From NCBI GenBank assembly GCA_963662275.1, contig OY759316.1, positions 1,952,001 through 2,016,000 of the forward strand: a stretch of DNA of 64,000 bases, given 5' to 3'. Origin of the DNA: Candidatus Cloacimonadales bacterium. GTDB lineage: Bacteria > Cloacimonadota > Cloacimonadia > Cloacimonadales > DAONDQ01. The number at the start of each line of letters is the position of its first letter. Position 1 is the stretch's first letter. This document shows positions 19,306-28,886 of this stretch, piece after piece. Made by a program: the position numbers and the translations under genes. The notes beneath the pieces are model-generated. The model was not told where the DNA came from, did not search any database, and saw nothing but the letters and a program-made list of their open reading frames with translations.

Positions 19306-20448
19306 ATGGATTTTAGCAGGATTCTCAAAAACAACCTGTCCGAGTATCTGGAAAAATATGGAAACCAGTCACCGGAAAGCCATTTAAGAGCGATCAGAGA
19401 TATTCTCCTTTGCCGGACACCTGAACTGGGCGGAGAAGTCTATTTATGCCAGGAATGTGCGGAACTGCATTATTCCTATCATTCCTGCAAAAACCGTCAC
19501 TGCCCGAAGTGTGGCCGTAATGATTCAGCGAAATGGCTGGAAAAGCAGCTTGCCAAACTGCTGCCGGTTAAGTACTTCATGGTAACTTTCACCATACCCC
19601 GGGAACTGCACAAAACATGCCTGTCAAATCAGAAACTGCTTTATGATCTTCAGTTCAAAGCATCATCTGAAGCCTTAAAGACATTGCTTTCAGATCCCAA
19701 ATATGCCGGTGGCGTTTCAGGCTTTACCGGGGTACTTCATACCTGGACAAGGCAGCTTGAATATCATCCTCATATTCATTATATAGTCCCCGGCGGAGCT
19801 TGGAATAAAGAACGAAAGGAATGGCAAAAAGCAGGCAATAAGTTCCTGATTCCGGTCAAAGCTCTTTCGGTGATTTACCGGGCAAAATTCCGTGATTTGC
19901 TTCGACTGGAAAATCAGCATCTGTTTGGTCGGATATCCCCGCTAGTCTGGCAGCAAAAAGAGTTTGTCACAGACTCCCGACCCGTCGGAAAAGGTCGGGA
20001 GGCTCTGACTTATTTGGCCAATTATGTGTATCGGACCGCCATCACCAACAATCGCATCCTTTGGGAAAAGGACGGGCTGGTAACCTTTAAATACAAGCCG
20101 GCAGGTTCAGCTAAATTCGCCTTTAAAAGCGTCGACTCCGTGGAGTTTATCAATAAGTTCCTGATGCATGTTCTGCCGCAGGGATTTCAGAAAATCAGAT
20201 ACTACGGATTTCTCAGTCCGGCGGCAAAATCTGTCTGGGAGATGGTCAACAGCTTTTTCCCAGCAAAGTCCGATTCTAATGACAAGAATCAGACAGCTAA
20301 AACTTTTGTAATTCCCAAATTTGAAAAAGACCTCTGCCCTAATTGCAAATCAAAGATGACACAGCATGCTTCAATTACCGGAAAACCAAGATCACCGCCT
20401 TGGTCGCTGTTGTTTTTGGCAAATTGCTTTGATGGCGGTAAACTGTAA
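19306..20448 (+). CDS. IS91-family rolling-circle transposase (Zn-binding domain plus HUH Y2)
   Basis: CRT..CQEC..SCKNRHCPKC, HTW..HPHIH, YLANY, IRYYG and C-terminal RSPP. Starts immediately after the recombinase stop. Confidence 0.92.
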   Translation: MDFSRILKNNLSEYLEKYGNQSPESHLRAIRDILLCRTPELGGEVYLCQECAELHYSYHSCKNRHCPKCGRNDSAKWLEKQLAKLLPVKYFMVTFTIPRELHKTCLSNQKLLYDLQFKASSEALKTLLSDPKYAGGVSGFTGVLHTWTRQLEYHPHIHYIVPGGAWNKERKEWQKAGNKFLIPVKALSVIYRAKFRDLLRLENQHLFGRISPLVWQQKEFVTDSRPVGKGREALTYLANYVYRTAITNNRILWEKDGLVTFKYKPAGSAKFAFKSVDSVEFINKFLMHVLPQGFQKIRYYGFLSPAAKSVWEMVNSFFPAKSDSNDKNQTAKTFVIPKFEKDLCPNCKSKMTQHASITGKPRSPPWSLLFLANCFDGGKL

Positions 20449-20784
20449 GTTAATTTTACCGACGGGATTGTCTTGCCTAAATTATAGAAACAACCGAAAT
20501 ATTACAGGCAATTTGCTAAAATACTTGAAAACAATATCAGCCCATACACAAAAAGTCTGATCTCAAAGTGATTTGATAACTTCTGAAAAGAAAATCATCT
20601 CTTCCATTGGTAAAAGACTCTGCTAAAATTGTAAAAATCCAATTCAACCCAAGAAATCTTCAAAAAGCAATTTCCAAATACATATTCAAAATCACCCTGC
20701 TACTTGAGCTTGTTCAACAGCATATCCAATCATGTCTATGATGGGAAATGCTTATTATGTTATACTTCATTATTTAAGTATATG

Positions 20785-20800
20785 AGCATTTTAGATGCCA
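20785..20800 (-). promoter_or_regulatory. sigma54 promoter of the FG-GAP gene, now separated from it by the element
   Basis: Minus strand TGGCATCTAAAATGCT = GG-N10-GC. It would lie about 60 bp from the ATG at 18277 if the element were removed. Confidence 0.7.
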
Positions 20801-20883
20801 AAGCCATATATGCATTCCTTTCAGTAGTTTATATTTCGTATCGTTAATTTATATCAGGATTTTACTGTATTTCCTGTTATAAA

Positions 20884-20990
20884 TGGTCATTATTGACCAG
20901 TATGTTTTTACTTTTTGAAGGAGAGATCCTCAAATATCAATTCTAAGACTCTCTGAGCGAGTAAGATAGTGATATGGTCGATAATGACCG
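20884..20990. promoter_or_regulatory. Pair of putative enhancer palindromes, TGGTC-N6-GACC
   Basis: TGGTCATTATTGACCA at 20884 and TGGTCGATAATGACCG at 20975. Confidence 0.65.
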
Positions 20991-21130
20991 GAGAATTGAA
21001 TATGTTGGTTTATTTGTATTTGAACCTTGGTTAAGCTCTGAATCCCATCGGGATGAAGGATAATAACGAAAGTCGTTCATGGAATTGCTATTTGCCCTGG
21101 ATCTTCTGAAGTGCCAAAGAAGAAAAGAGC

Positions 21131-21397
21131 ATCAAACTCTCCGACACTAAAGTGCCACCTCCCTTCATCTGAAGGGAGGAATTCAGCAGGAACGGCGTTC
21201 AGGGACGTACGAAGTGCGAAGTGCGAAGTACGAATGCAGAAAGCAGGAACGGCGTCCTACTCTACGCGGCAGACAGTAAGATCGGCATCTTACTCCACAG
21301 CTCAGCAGGAACAGATTCATACCCTATACAGCAGACAGTAAGATTGGCATCTTACTCCACAATTTAGAAGAGGATAGACACATGGGTCTATCCCTAC
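21131..21397. repeat. Mosaic of REP-like modules (CCTCCCTT hairpin, heptamer tract, GTAG/GTGG REPs)
   Basis: 21131-21182 matches the reverse complement of about 38980-39029; GAAGTGC heptamers; AGCAGGAACGGCGTCCTACTCTAC; AGTAAGATCGGCATCTTACTCCAC. Confidence 0.75.
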
Positions 21398-23943
21398 AAT
21401 TCTTCTTCAGATAAACCGTATTTCTTGATTTTACGTTCAATGACTTTACGATCTACTTTCAGAAGATTAGCAGCTTGCACACGGTTAAACCCGGTAGCTC
21501 TCAGGGTATTCAATAACATCAATCTTTCCATATCCTGGAGCGGGATGATGTCCTGCATAATATCAGCCCCGTCTTTTTTAACAGGGATGAGAAAATTCTC
21601 CAAATGCAGTGTGGAACTATTAGTGACTAGCACAGCTCTCTCCACCATATTCTTCAATTCACGTATATTACCCGGGTAGTCGTAATTCATCAAATGGGGG
21701 AGAATATCCCTATCAATTTTATTGATCTTCTTATTCAAAGCATTGGAAGACAAGCCAACAAAATGCTCTAATAATAAAGGAATATCTTCTTTATGTTCCC
21801 TCAGGGGTGGAATGTTAATGACAAAGATTGCCAGCCGGTGATAGAGATCACGTCTGAATTCAGATGAATTGACTTTATCTATCAGGTTGAGGTTTGTTGC
21901 GCTGATGATCCTGACGTCTATTGGTATTTCCTTATATGAGCCAACTCTGATAATGCTTCTTTCTTCCAAAACACGGAGCAGCTTTGCCTGTTGCTCATGA
22001 GATAGATTACCTATTTCATCCAGGAATAAAGAGCTTTTATTGGAAATTTCAAACCAACCTATCTTAGCGGTGTTTGCCCCAGTAAAAGAATCTTTCTCAT
22101 GCCCGAAGAACTGGCTTTCAAACAGAGCTTCCGGTACGGCAGAGCAATTAACTGCATAGAAGTGTTGTTTTGCCCGTTTGCTGCTGGCATGGATGTTACG
22201 GGCTACAATTTCCTTACCTGTCCCTGTTTCACCTGTGATAAGCACATTTGTCTTATCTGAATGCGCTACGAGGGTTATCATTTCAATGATCTTACGAATA
22301 GACTCACTCGTCCCAATCAGAGTAGTCTTGATATCCTTAGTCAATTCATCAGATACGAAGTTATAACGTATTTCACTATTATGTAGTTTATCGAGAGTAT
22401 CCTGGAGTTTAGCTTTCTGCTTTTCTATTTCCTGGTTCTTTGCTTCCAGTTCGAGATTCCTCTGACGGTATAATTCTGCTTCCCTTTCTTTCTTTTCGGT
22501 TTCATATTTCGTCTGCATCTCTGCTATTTTGGTAACACTATCTTCTTTTACAAGCTTATCCTTTTCTTCACTGTATTGCAGAAGAGCTCGACAGGCTTTT
22601 TCATATTCATGTTTCAGTAAATAAATCTCATAATAACGATGATGTATTTCTATATACATTTTTTCATATTCATTTTCATGAATCAGCTTTTCTGCTTTTT
22701 GCAATATAGAAAGGGCTTCGTCGCTTTTTTCATTTTGAATCAGAACTTGAACCATCTGTATTTCAATGCTGGCTTGCTGAAACTGTTCTTTTATTTCTAC
22801 AGCTATTTTATGTGCATTATCCAAATATTCCATTGCCTTCTGATAATCTTTGAAATATGTTGAATAGATGATACCGATATTCTCCAATACTATGGTCATA
22901 TTTGATTTATCACTAATTTCCTCTGCCAGTTCCAGAGATTTAATAAAACAATCAAAAGCTTCCTGATATTCTTCCCGTTCTAAATAGATATTTCCAATGT
23001 TATTCTGGAGCATGGATTTTTGATTGATATCACCAATCGCTTCAAAATGAGTTAGTGCTTTTGTGTAATATTCAAGTGCAGTGTCCAGATCCCCGAAATC
23101 CTTATAAAATACTCCCAGGTTCAGCCAATTGGTTGCAAGGCTGTTCATGTCCTTTAATTCCTCTTTAATTCTAGTGGACTTTAAGGAATATTCGATTGCT
23201 TTTTCCAGATTGTTCATCTTATGATAAATAACAGCAACGGCATTCAAGTCCATGGCAATTTGCTTCAGGTTATTCGATTTTTCATAATAAGCAATACATT
23301 CAAATTTTAAATTCAAGGCTTCCATTAATTTACCTTGTGCATTCAAATAATTTGCCATATTACTCAAAGCCAAATATTCCAGATCGATTCTACCGAGCTT
23401 TTTAAATCCCTTTATTGCTTCATTTACGCATGAGATAGAAAGATCAGTATTTCCACGGGAATTATGCAGAACCCCCAGGTTCATGTATATACCAGCAACT
23501 TCCAATGTATCTTTTCTTTTCTTGAATGTCACCAGTGCTTTTTGAAAGAATGAAATAGCCAAGTCCAAATGGTTCATTCGCCAGTGCAATCTCGCCATCA
23601 TATTGTAAACCTGGTGAATAAACTCATAATCATATCCATGGGAAGTTATTGTGAGCAATTGATCTAGAATCGATAGTGCTTCATCTATATCAAACATGAG
23701 AAAATGGCATCTGCCAAGAAGGTGCAATATTTCCATTTGCTTATCGAACAAAGTATTTGCTTGCGCAAGTTTCAATGCCCTTTGGAGTCTATCCATACAT
23801 ACCGGACATTTATCCTTATCCGGCTTATCCGGTTCAGGGCATTTTTCCATAAGCTTTGAAAGATCGGATAGGAAAGAAACCTCTGGTTTCTGGGTTCGAC
23901 CAGCTTTTTTATTCATAATATTTCCTATATTGCTGGAGTTCAT
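21394..23943 (-). CDS. sigma54-dependent activator: TPR array, coiled coil, AAA+ domain, HTH
   Basis: GETGTGKE, FFGHEKDSFTGA, LFLDE, YPGNIREL, C-terminal HTH and many TPRs. Start codon uncertain. Confidence 0.88.
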   Translation of the reverse strand: MNSSNIGNIMNKKAGRTQKPEVSFLSDLSKLMEKCPEPDKPDKDKCPVCMDRLQRALKLAQANTLFDKQMEILHLLGRCHFLMFDIDEALSILDQLLTITSHGYDYEFIHQVYNMMARLHWRMNHLDLAISFFQKALVTFKKRKDTLEVAGIYMNLGVLHNSRGNTDLSISCVNEAIKGFKKLGRIDLEYLALSNMANYLNAQGKLMEALNLKFECIAYYEKSNNLKQIAMDLNAVAVIYHKMNNLEKAIEYSLKSTRIKEELKDMNSLATNWLNLGVFYKDFGDLDTALEYYTKALTHFEAIGDINQKSMLQNNIGNIYLEREEYQEAFDCFIKSLELAEEISDKSNMTIVLENIGIIYSTYFKDYQKAMEYLDNAHKIAVEIKEQFQQASIEIQMVQVLIQNEKSDEALSILQKAEKLIHENEYEKMYIEIHHRYYEIYLLKHEYEKACRALLQYSEEKDKLVKEDSVTKIAEMQTKYETEKKEREAELYRQRNLELEAKNQEIEKQKAKLQDTLDKLHNSEIRYNFVSDELTKDIKTTLIGTSESIRKIIEMITLVAHSDKTNVLITGETGTGKEIVARNIHASSKRAKQHFYAVNCSAVPEALFESQFFGHEKDSFTGANTAKIGWFEISNKSSLFLDEIGNLSHEQQAKLLRVLEERSIIRVGSYKEIPIDVRIISATNLNLIDKVNSSEFRRDLYHRLAIFVINIPPLREHKEDIPLLLEHFVGLSSNALNKKINKIDRDILPHLMNYDYPGNIRELKNMVERAVLVTNSSTLHLENFLIPVKKDGADIMQDIIPLQDMERLMLLNTLRATGFNRVQAANLLKVDRKVIERKIKKYGLSEEEL

Positions 23944-24193
23944 ATTTTATTTAATTTTAATCTCGATTCATATCAGTTTTTATCATACAATTATTAAATA
24001 TCAAATACTGAATTCTTCTGTCAAGAAAAAGCTCATTCAGATGATTTGCAGCTTATGGTGATAGCTTTATTTTGTTCAGTTTATATGAACCTGATATCTG
24101 TTATCTGTCACATATTACCATCTGCCACCACCATTCCTATTGACAAAATATTCTGCCATATAGAAGTTTCATCAAAAAACCTTTGGAGGAATC

Positions 24194-25147
24194 ATGAAGC
24201 GAATCCTGGTGATTGGTGCCGGTGGACAAATCGGTTCTGAACTCGTACCATATCTGCGTAATATCTACGGAACTGACAATGTCATTGGATCTGATATCAA
24301 TGCAGCTTGTTGTAGTGAATTGGCAATGCAGGGACCATTTGAGATTTTTGATGTTTTGGATATGAATGTACTTACTGACATCGTTAAAAAACACAAAATA
24401 GATGCAATATTCAACTTGGTTGCAATGCTATCCGCCAAAGGTGAAGCGAATCCACAGATTGCCTGGAAGATCAACATGGGTGCGTTGAATAATTGTCTGG
24501 AAGCTGCTCGAGAAAATAAATGTGCTATCTTCACACCAAGTTCCATCGGAGCTTTTGGGCTTAGTACTCCTCATGATAATACTCCCCAGGACACAATCAT
24601 GCGTCCGAATACGATATATGGTGTATCCAAAGTCGCTGCTGAACTGTTAAGCGATTACTATTTCCAGCGTTTCGGAGTGGATGCTCGGGGAGTTCGTTAT
24701 CCCGGCATTATTTCCAATGTTACTCTTCCCGGTGGTGGAACTACGGATTATGCAGTTGAAATCTATTATGAAGCTATAAAAAATAAGAAATATACTTGCA
24801 ATCTGAAAGCAGGAACCTTCCTTGATATGATGTACATGCCTGACGCTCTTAGAGCATGTGTAGAACTTATGGAAGCAGATCCCTCAAAGTTTATCCATAG
24901 GAATTGCTTTAACGTTACTGCGATGAGTTTTGAACCTGAAATGATAGCCGCTTCCATACGCAAGTTCATTCCTGAATTCAAGATGGATTATGATGTCAAT
25001 CCTGTGAAACAGGCAATTGCTGATAGTTGGCCAAATAAGATGGATGATTCCGCTGCCACTGCTGAATGGGGCTGGAAACCGGAATATGATTTGGATAGGG
25101 TTACGGAAGACATGCTGAAGGTACTCAAATCGAGAATTATAAAGTAG
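24194..25147 (+). CDS. tdh: L-threonine 3-dehydrogenase (SDR / NAD-dependent epimerase type)
   Basis: GAGGQIG, YGVSK, RYPGIIS..PGGGTTDYAV, MMYMPD and IADSWP motifs; RBS GGAGG. Confidence 0.85.
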   Translation: MKRILVIGAGGQIGSELVPYLRNIYGTDNVIGSDINAACCSELAMQGPFEIFDVLDMNVLTDIVKKHKIDAIFNLVAMLSAKGEANPQIAWKINMGALNNCLEAARENKCAIFTPSSIGAFGLSTPHDNTPQDTIMRPNTIYGVSKVAAELLSDYYFQRFGVDARGVRYPGIISNVTLPGGGTTDYAVEIYYEAIKNKKYTCNLKAGTFLDMMYMPDALRACVELMEADPSKFIHRNCFNVTAMSFEPEMIAASIRKFIPEFKMDYDVNPVKQAIADSWPNKMDDSAATAEWGWKPEYDLDRVTEDMLKVLKSRIIK

Positions 25148-25757
25148 CTCCGCCTTCAGACGGTTGGTCAATTGCGAGTAGGGGTTTGCGGTAGTAAACC
25201 CTTCTGGAGCGCCGATTCCTCTAAGACGAACGATTGGCAGAAAATATATTAAAGAAGCATCATAACTGATGATTTTGACGATTGAATTCCTCATTCCAAT
25301 AGAAAAGAATTCGGAGTAGTAGTCACAGATTCTATAAGATCGGAATCTTATGCCACAAGATATACCAAGTTCATACTAATCTCATACTAATTTCTTGAAA
25401 CAGGGTACGATTACTATAGCAATACGGTAGGAATACGGTTTTTTACCGTAATGATACCGTATTGCTACCGTATTGGTACCGTAGTGCTCATATGTGTATT
25501 GGTAAAGCAAGACGCCGTTCTTGCTATCTGCGTGGTAGCTCATCCTTTAGGCTTGGTGGAAATGACTTCAGGCGTTGATTGCTTTGCAGAAGGTTCTAGG
25601 TGTTAGGTGTTAGGTGCTAGCTCAGAGCAGACCAGACAAGAGCAGACCAGAACTAGCTCTCCCGGCCACCCTCCCTTTGCAAATGGGAGGGAACGGAGCA
25701 GATTTACTGCCTCAAAACCCTTCTGCGATTTTTAGTTATTAGTTTTTAGCTTTTAGT

Positions 25758-26876
25758 TTATCTAATTCTTTTCCGGAAAGTAAGAACGCTTGTAGTAAAA
25801 ATGGTAATACCGATCGCAGCCATGGGTATAGCTGAAGTTAATAAGTCTGATAGTGAACTTCCTTTCTCAAAGACACTTCGCATTATATATATGAAGTAAC
25901 GCATTGGATTGATAAGCGTAACTCGTTGCATAACAAGAGGCATATTCTCAACAGGAACGAAAAGACCACTCAAAAGAATCATGAAAAGCATAAAGAACCA
26001 GGAAACAAACATAGCTTGCTGCTGTGAGTTAGTGATAGTAGAAACAAGCAATCCCAATCCCAATGTCGTGAAGAAGAAAATAGAAGCGAGAAATGCAAGC
26101 AATAGATAACTTCCCTGCATATGGATGCCGAATACTACTTGAGCTACGAGAAGTACTACCATCATCTCAAAGAGACCAAGCAGCAGGAATGGAATGAGCT
26201 TCCCCAGCAACAGTTGATACTTCTTCAAAGGTGTGACCAGAAGCTGCTCTAGTGTACCGATCTCCTTCTCACGGACGATATTCATAGACGACATCATGAG
26301 TGTCAGGACGGTCAGCAGGATGACGATAAGACCAGGTACCATGTATTGCGAACTGTTGAGATTCTCATTGAAGCGCATCCTGTCCTGGATTTGCACCATA
26401 TGTAATACAGGCTTGGGCATGTTTTTCGGTAAACCTGGATTAGTCATGGCAAATTGAGTCAGTATTCTATCCATATTGCCCATGGCAATCATTGCTGAAT
26501 TGCCATCGAGACCATCTGCAATGATCTGGAGGGATGGCTGTTGTAAACGATTCAAGTCTCTCGAAAAATTGCTGGGAATGACCAATGCAAGCTGTGCTTT
26601 CCAATTATGAATCATTTTCGAATATAACTCTGGGTTTGATTCCACTCCAACAACATCAAACCGATCCGTATGAGAAAAGGATTCAATCAATTGCTGACTA
26701 TACATTGAACGATCCTGGTCAGCGATGACAAGTCTCACATGCTTCACATCCGTAGTCACAGCAAAGCCCATAATCAGCATTTGAATCAGGGGCATACCGA
26801 AGATAATCATCAGCATTTCTCTTGTACGAAAGATTTGGGTGAATTCCTTTTGAAGAACGTAAAATAATCTATGCAT
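25758..26876 (-). CDS. ABC-2 type permease (YbhR-like)
   Basis: REKEIGTLEQLLVTP motif; multiple TM helices. Confidence 0.9.
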   Translation of the reverse strand: MHRLFYVLQKEFTQIFRTREMLMIIFGMPLIQMLIMGFAVTTDVKHVRLVIADQDRSMYSQQLIESFSHTDRFDVVGVESNPELYSKMIHNWKAQLALVIPSNFSRDLNRLQQPSLQIIADGLDGNSAMIAMGNMDRILTQFAMTNPGLPKNMPKPVLHMVQIQDRMRFNENLNSSQYMVPGLIVILLTVLTLMMSSMNIVREKEIGTLEQLLVTPLKKYQLLLGKLIPFLLLGLFEMMVVLLVAQVVFGIHMQGSYLLLAFLASIFFFTTLGLGLLVSTITNSQQQAMFVSWFFMLFMILLSGLFVPVENMPLVMQRVTLINPMRYFIYIMRSVFEKGSSLSDLLTSAIPMAAIGITIFTTSVLTFRKRIR

Positions 26877-26884
26877 TTGAATCC

Positions 26885-28015
26885 TTAACTGTGCGTTTTA
26901 AATCGTTTCCAGGCGATTGTGAGCATGAATGAGGACATGATGACCAAACATATAGCGGGGAAAGACAACTCAGCCAAAGTATTGCCTTTGATTAGGATTC
27001 CCCTGATGATCATGAGGAAATACCGCGCTGGTACAAAGTAGCTCATACCCTGCAGTATCACGGGCATGGAACGTATCGGGAAGATAAACCCTGAAAGCAT
27101 CAGTGTTGGCAACAGCGTTGCTACAAGGGCAAACATCAGAGCTGTCTGCTGTGATTTGGCTATCGTTGAGATTAGTATTCCCAGCGAAAGGGCTGTAATG
27201 ATGTATAAAAGTGTTAAAAAGACACAGAGGATGAGAGAACCATTAAAAGGAACCTGGAACAGGAATATTCCTACACAAAGTACTAGGCAGGCATCCAGGA
27301 AAGCTAAAAGAATATAGGGCATTACTTTCCCGAAGATAATCTCTTCCGAACGGATGGGGGAGACGAGTATCTGTTCCATTGTGCCTAATTCCTTCTCCCT
27401 GGCAAGTGCTATACTGGTCAGTAATGCAGAAATCATGACAAGCAGCATCGCCAGGATACCGGGAACAAAGAAGTAAGAGCTTTTCAAATCGGGATTGTAC
27501 CAAACACTATGGCTGATACTAAAAGGTAGCTCCGGCTGTATTGACGGTTGTAGCACTGACTTCAGGCGGTATTTCGAATTAAACGAATTGATTACTCCCA
27601 AACTGTATATCTTCACCAGGTTTGCTGCATTCGGATCAGAAGCATCAATCAGCAATTGAACATCGGTTAAAGCTATACGTTGGAAGCTTTCACTGAAATC
27701 CTTCGGAATGATGAGGATTGCATTCGTCTTCCCTGAAAGAAATGTTTGCTCTACAACAGAGATTGGATCTTGGGTCATAATCACATGAAAGTACTTACTG
27801 CCTTGGAATTCCTCAATCAATTGCTTGGAAGCCATGGAATGTTCCATATCAATGACTTGCATTTGCACCGTCTGCAGTTCCATATTTAAGGCATAACCGA
27901 AAATGATGAGTTGGAATATCGGCAATAGAATAACAACAGCTAATGTCATTTTATCGTTGATGATATGGATGAACTCTTTGTGCATTACGGCAAACATTCG
28001 TCTGTTAAACAGCAT
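26885..28015 (-). CDS. ABC-2 type permease (YbhS-like)
   Basis: REKELGTMEQILVSP and WYNP motifs. Start taken at MLFNRR. Confidence 0.9.
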   Translation of the reverse strand: MLFNRRMFAVMHKEFIHIINDKMTLAVVILLPIFQLIIFGYALNMELQTVQMQVIDMEHSMASKQLIEEFQGSKYFHVIMTQDPISVVEQTFLSGKTNAILIIPKDFSESFQRIALTDVQLLIDASDPNAANLVKIYSLGVINSFNSKYRLKSVLQPSIQPELPFSISHSVWYNPDLKSSYFFVPGILAMLLVMISALLTSIALAREKELGTMEQILVSPIRSEEIIFGKVMPYILLAFLDACLVLCVGIFLFQVPFNGSLILCVFLTLLYIITALSLGILISTIAKSQQTALMFALVATLLPTLMLSGFIFPIRSMPVILQGMSYFVPARYFLMIIRGILIKGNTLAELSFPAICLVIMSSFMLTIAWKRFKTHS

Positions 28016-28763
28016 GATCCTGTTCCTTTTCACGCGTTTGGACAAGTGATATAAATACATCCTGCATGGAAGTCTTTTTCATTTCCAGTTTCAGGTTTCG
28101 CGGGTTATCGAGGGCAATTGTCTGACCATCCTTCATAATGAGCACTCGATTGCAATATTCAGCTTCATCCATGAAATGCGTGGTAACAAATATCGTCTTA
28201 CCTTCATTCGCCCTTTCATAGATGATATCCCAGAAGTTTCTGCGTACCTGGGGATCGACACCAGAAGTCGGTTCATCGAGGAAAAGGATAGGTGGATTAT
28301 GTAAGAGAGCGCAACCCAATCCAAGACGTTGTTTGAAGCCAATTGGCAGGGAGGCGATTCTTCGTTTCTGAATATCTTCAAGTTTTAAGAGAGATATGAT
28401 TTCCTGCTTTCTAGCTGCCAATTCCTTGCCATGTAATCCATAAATCCCACCAAAGAACGTGAGGTTTTCCAAAACTGAGAGATCATCATAGAGAGAAAAC
28501 TTTTGGCTCATGTAACCAATATTCTTCTTGATCATTTCACTCTGGGTACGAATGTCATAACCAGCAACAGTACCGGAACCGGAAGTTGGTTCCAGCAAAC
28601 CGCAGAGCATTCTTATCAATGTCGTTTTCCCTGCGCCATTAGCACCCAGGAAACCAAATATCTCACCTTTTGTTACTTCCAGGTTAACCTTGTCCACAGC
28701 GGTGAATTTGCCGAATTTACGAGTGATGTCGGTGGTTGTTACACTTAATTCAGATGTTTTCAT
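28005..28763 (-). CDS. ABC transporter ATP-binding protein
   Basis: GANGAGKT, LDEPT, TTH; degenerate signature LPIG. Confidence 0.92.
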   Translation of the reverse strand: MKTSELSVTTTDITRKFGKFTAVDKVNLEVTKGEIFGFLGANGAGKTTLIRMLCGLLEPTSGSGTVAGYDIRTQSEMIKKNIGYMSQKFSLYDDLSVLENLTFFGGIYGLHGKELAARKQEIISLLKLEDIQKRRIASLPIGFKQRLGLGCALLHNPPILFLDEPTSGVDPQVRRNFWDIIYERANEGKTIFVTTHFMDEAEYCNRVLIMKDGQTIALDNPRNLKLEMKKTSMQDVFISLVQTREKEQDHAV

Positions 28764-28764
28764 G

Positions 28765-28886
28765 TGAACTTCCCTGGAAATTGGTTTTCGCTACCGAATA
28801 TGAACATGTCGATTCTGAAGTCCACATGCCCTTTAAGCAAGATATTCAAAGCAAATGAGTTTGGGCATATGAACTCCAAAATCTTA
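28765..28886 (-). mobile_element. 122 bp miniature insert carrying the 65 bp stem-loop, flanked by a 9 bp direct repeat
   Basis: GTTTTCATG at 28756-28764 and 28887-28895. The insert aligns along its length with 39038-39152. Confidence 0.7.

Larger units (their letters stand above)
18309..20761 (+). mobile_element. Tyrosine recombinase plus IS91-type Y2 transposase element, copy 1
   Basis: Near-identical inverted copy at 51831-54282 (one 1-bp indel seen, near 20611). Bounded by TGTT at both ends. Confidence 0.92.
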
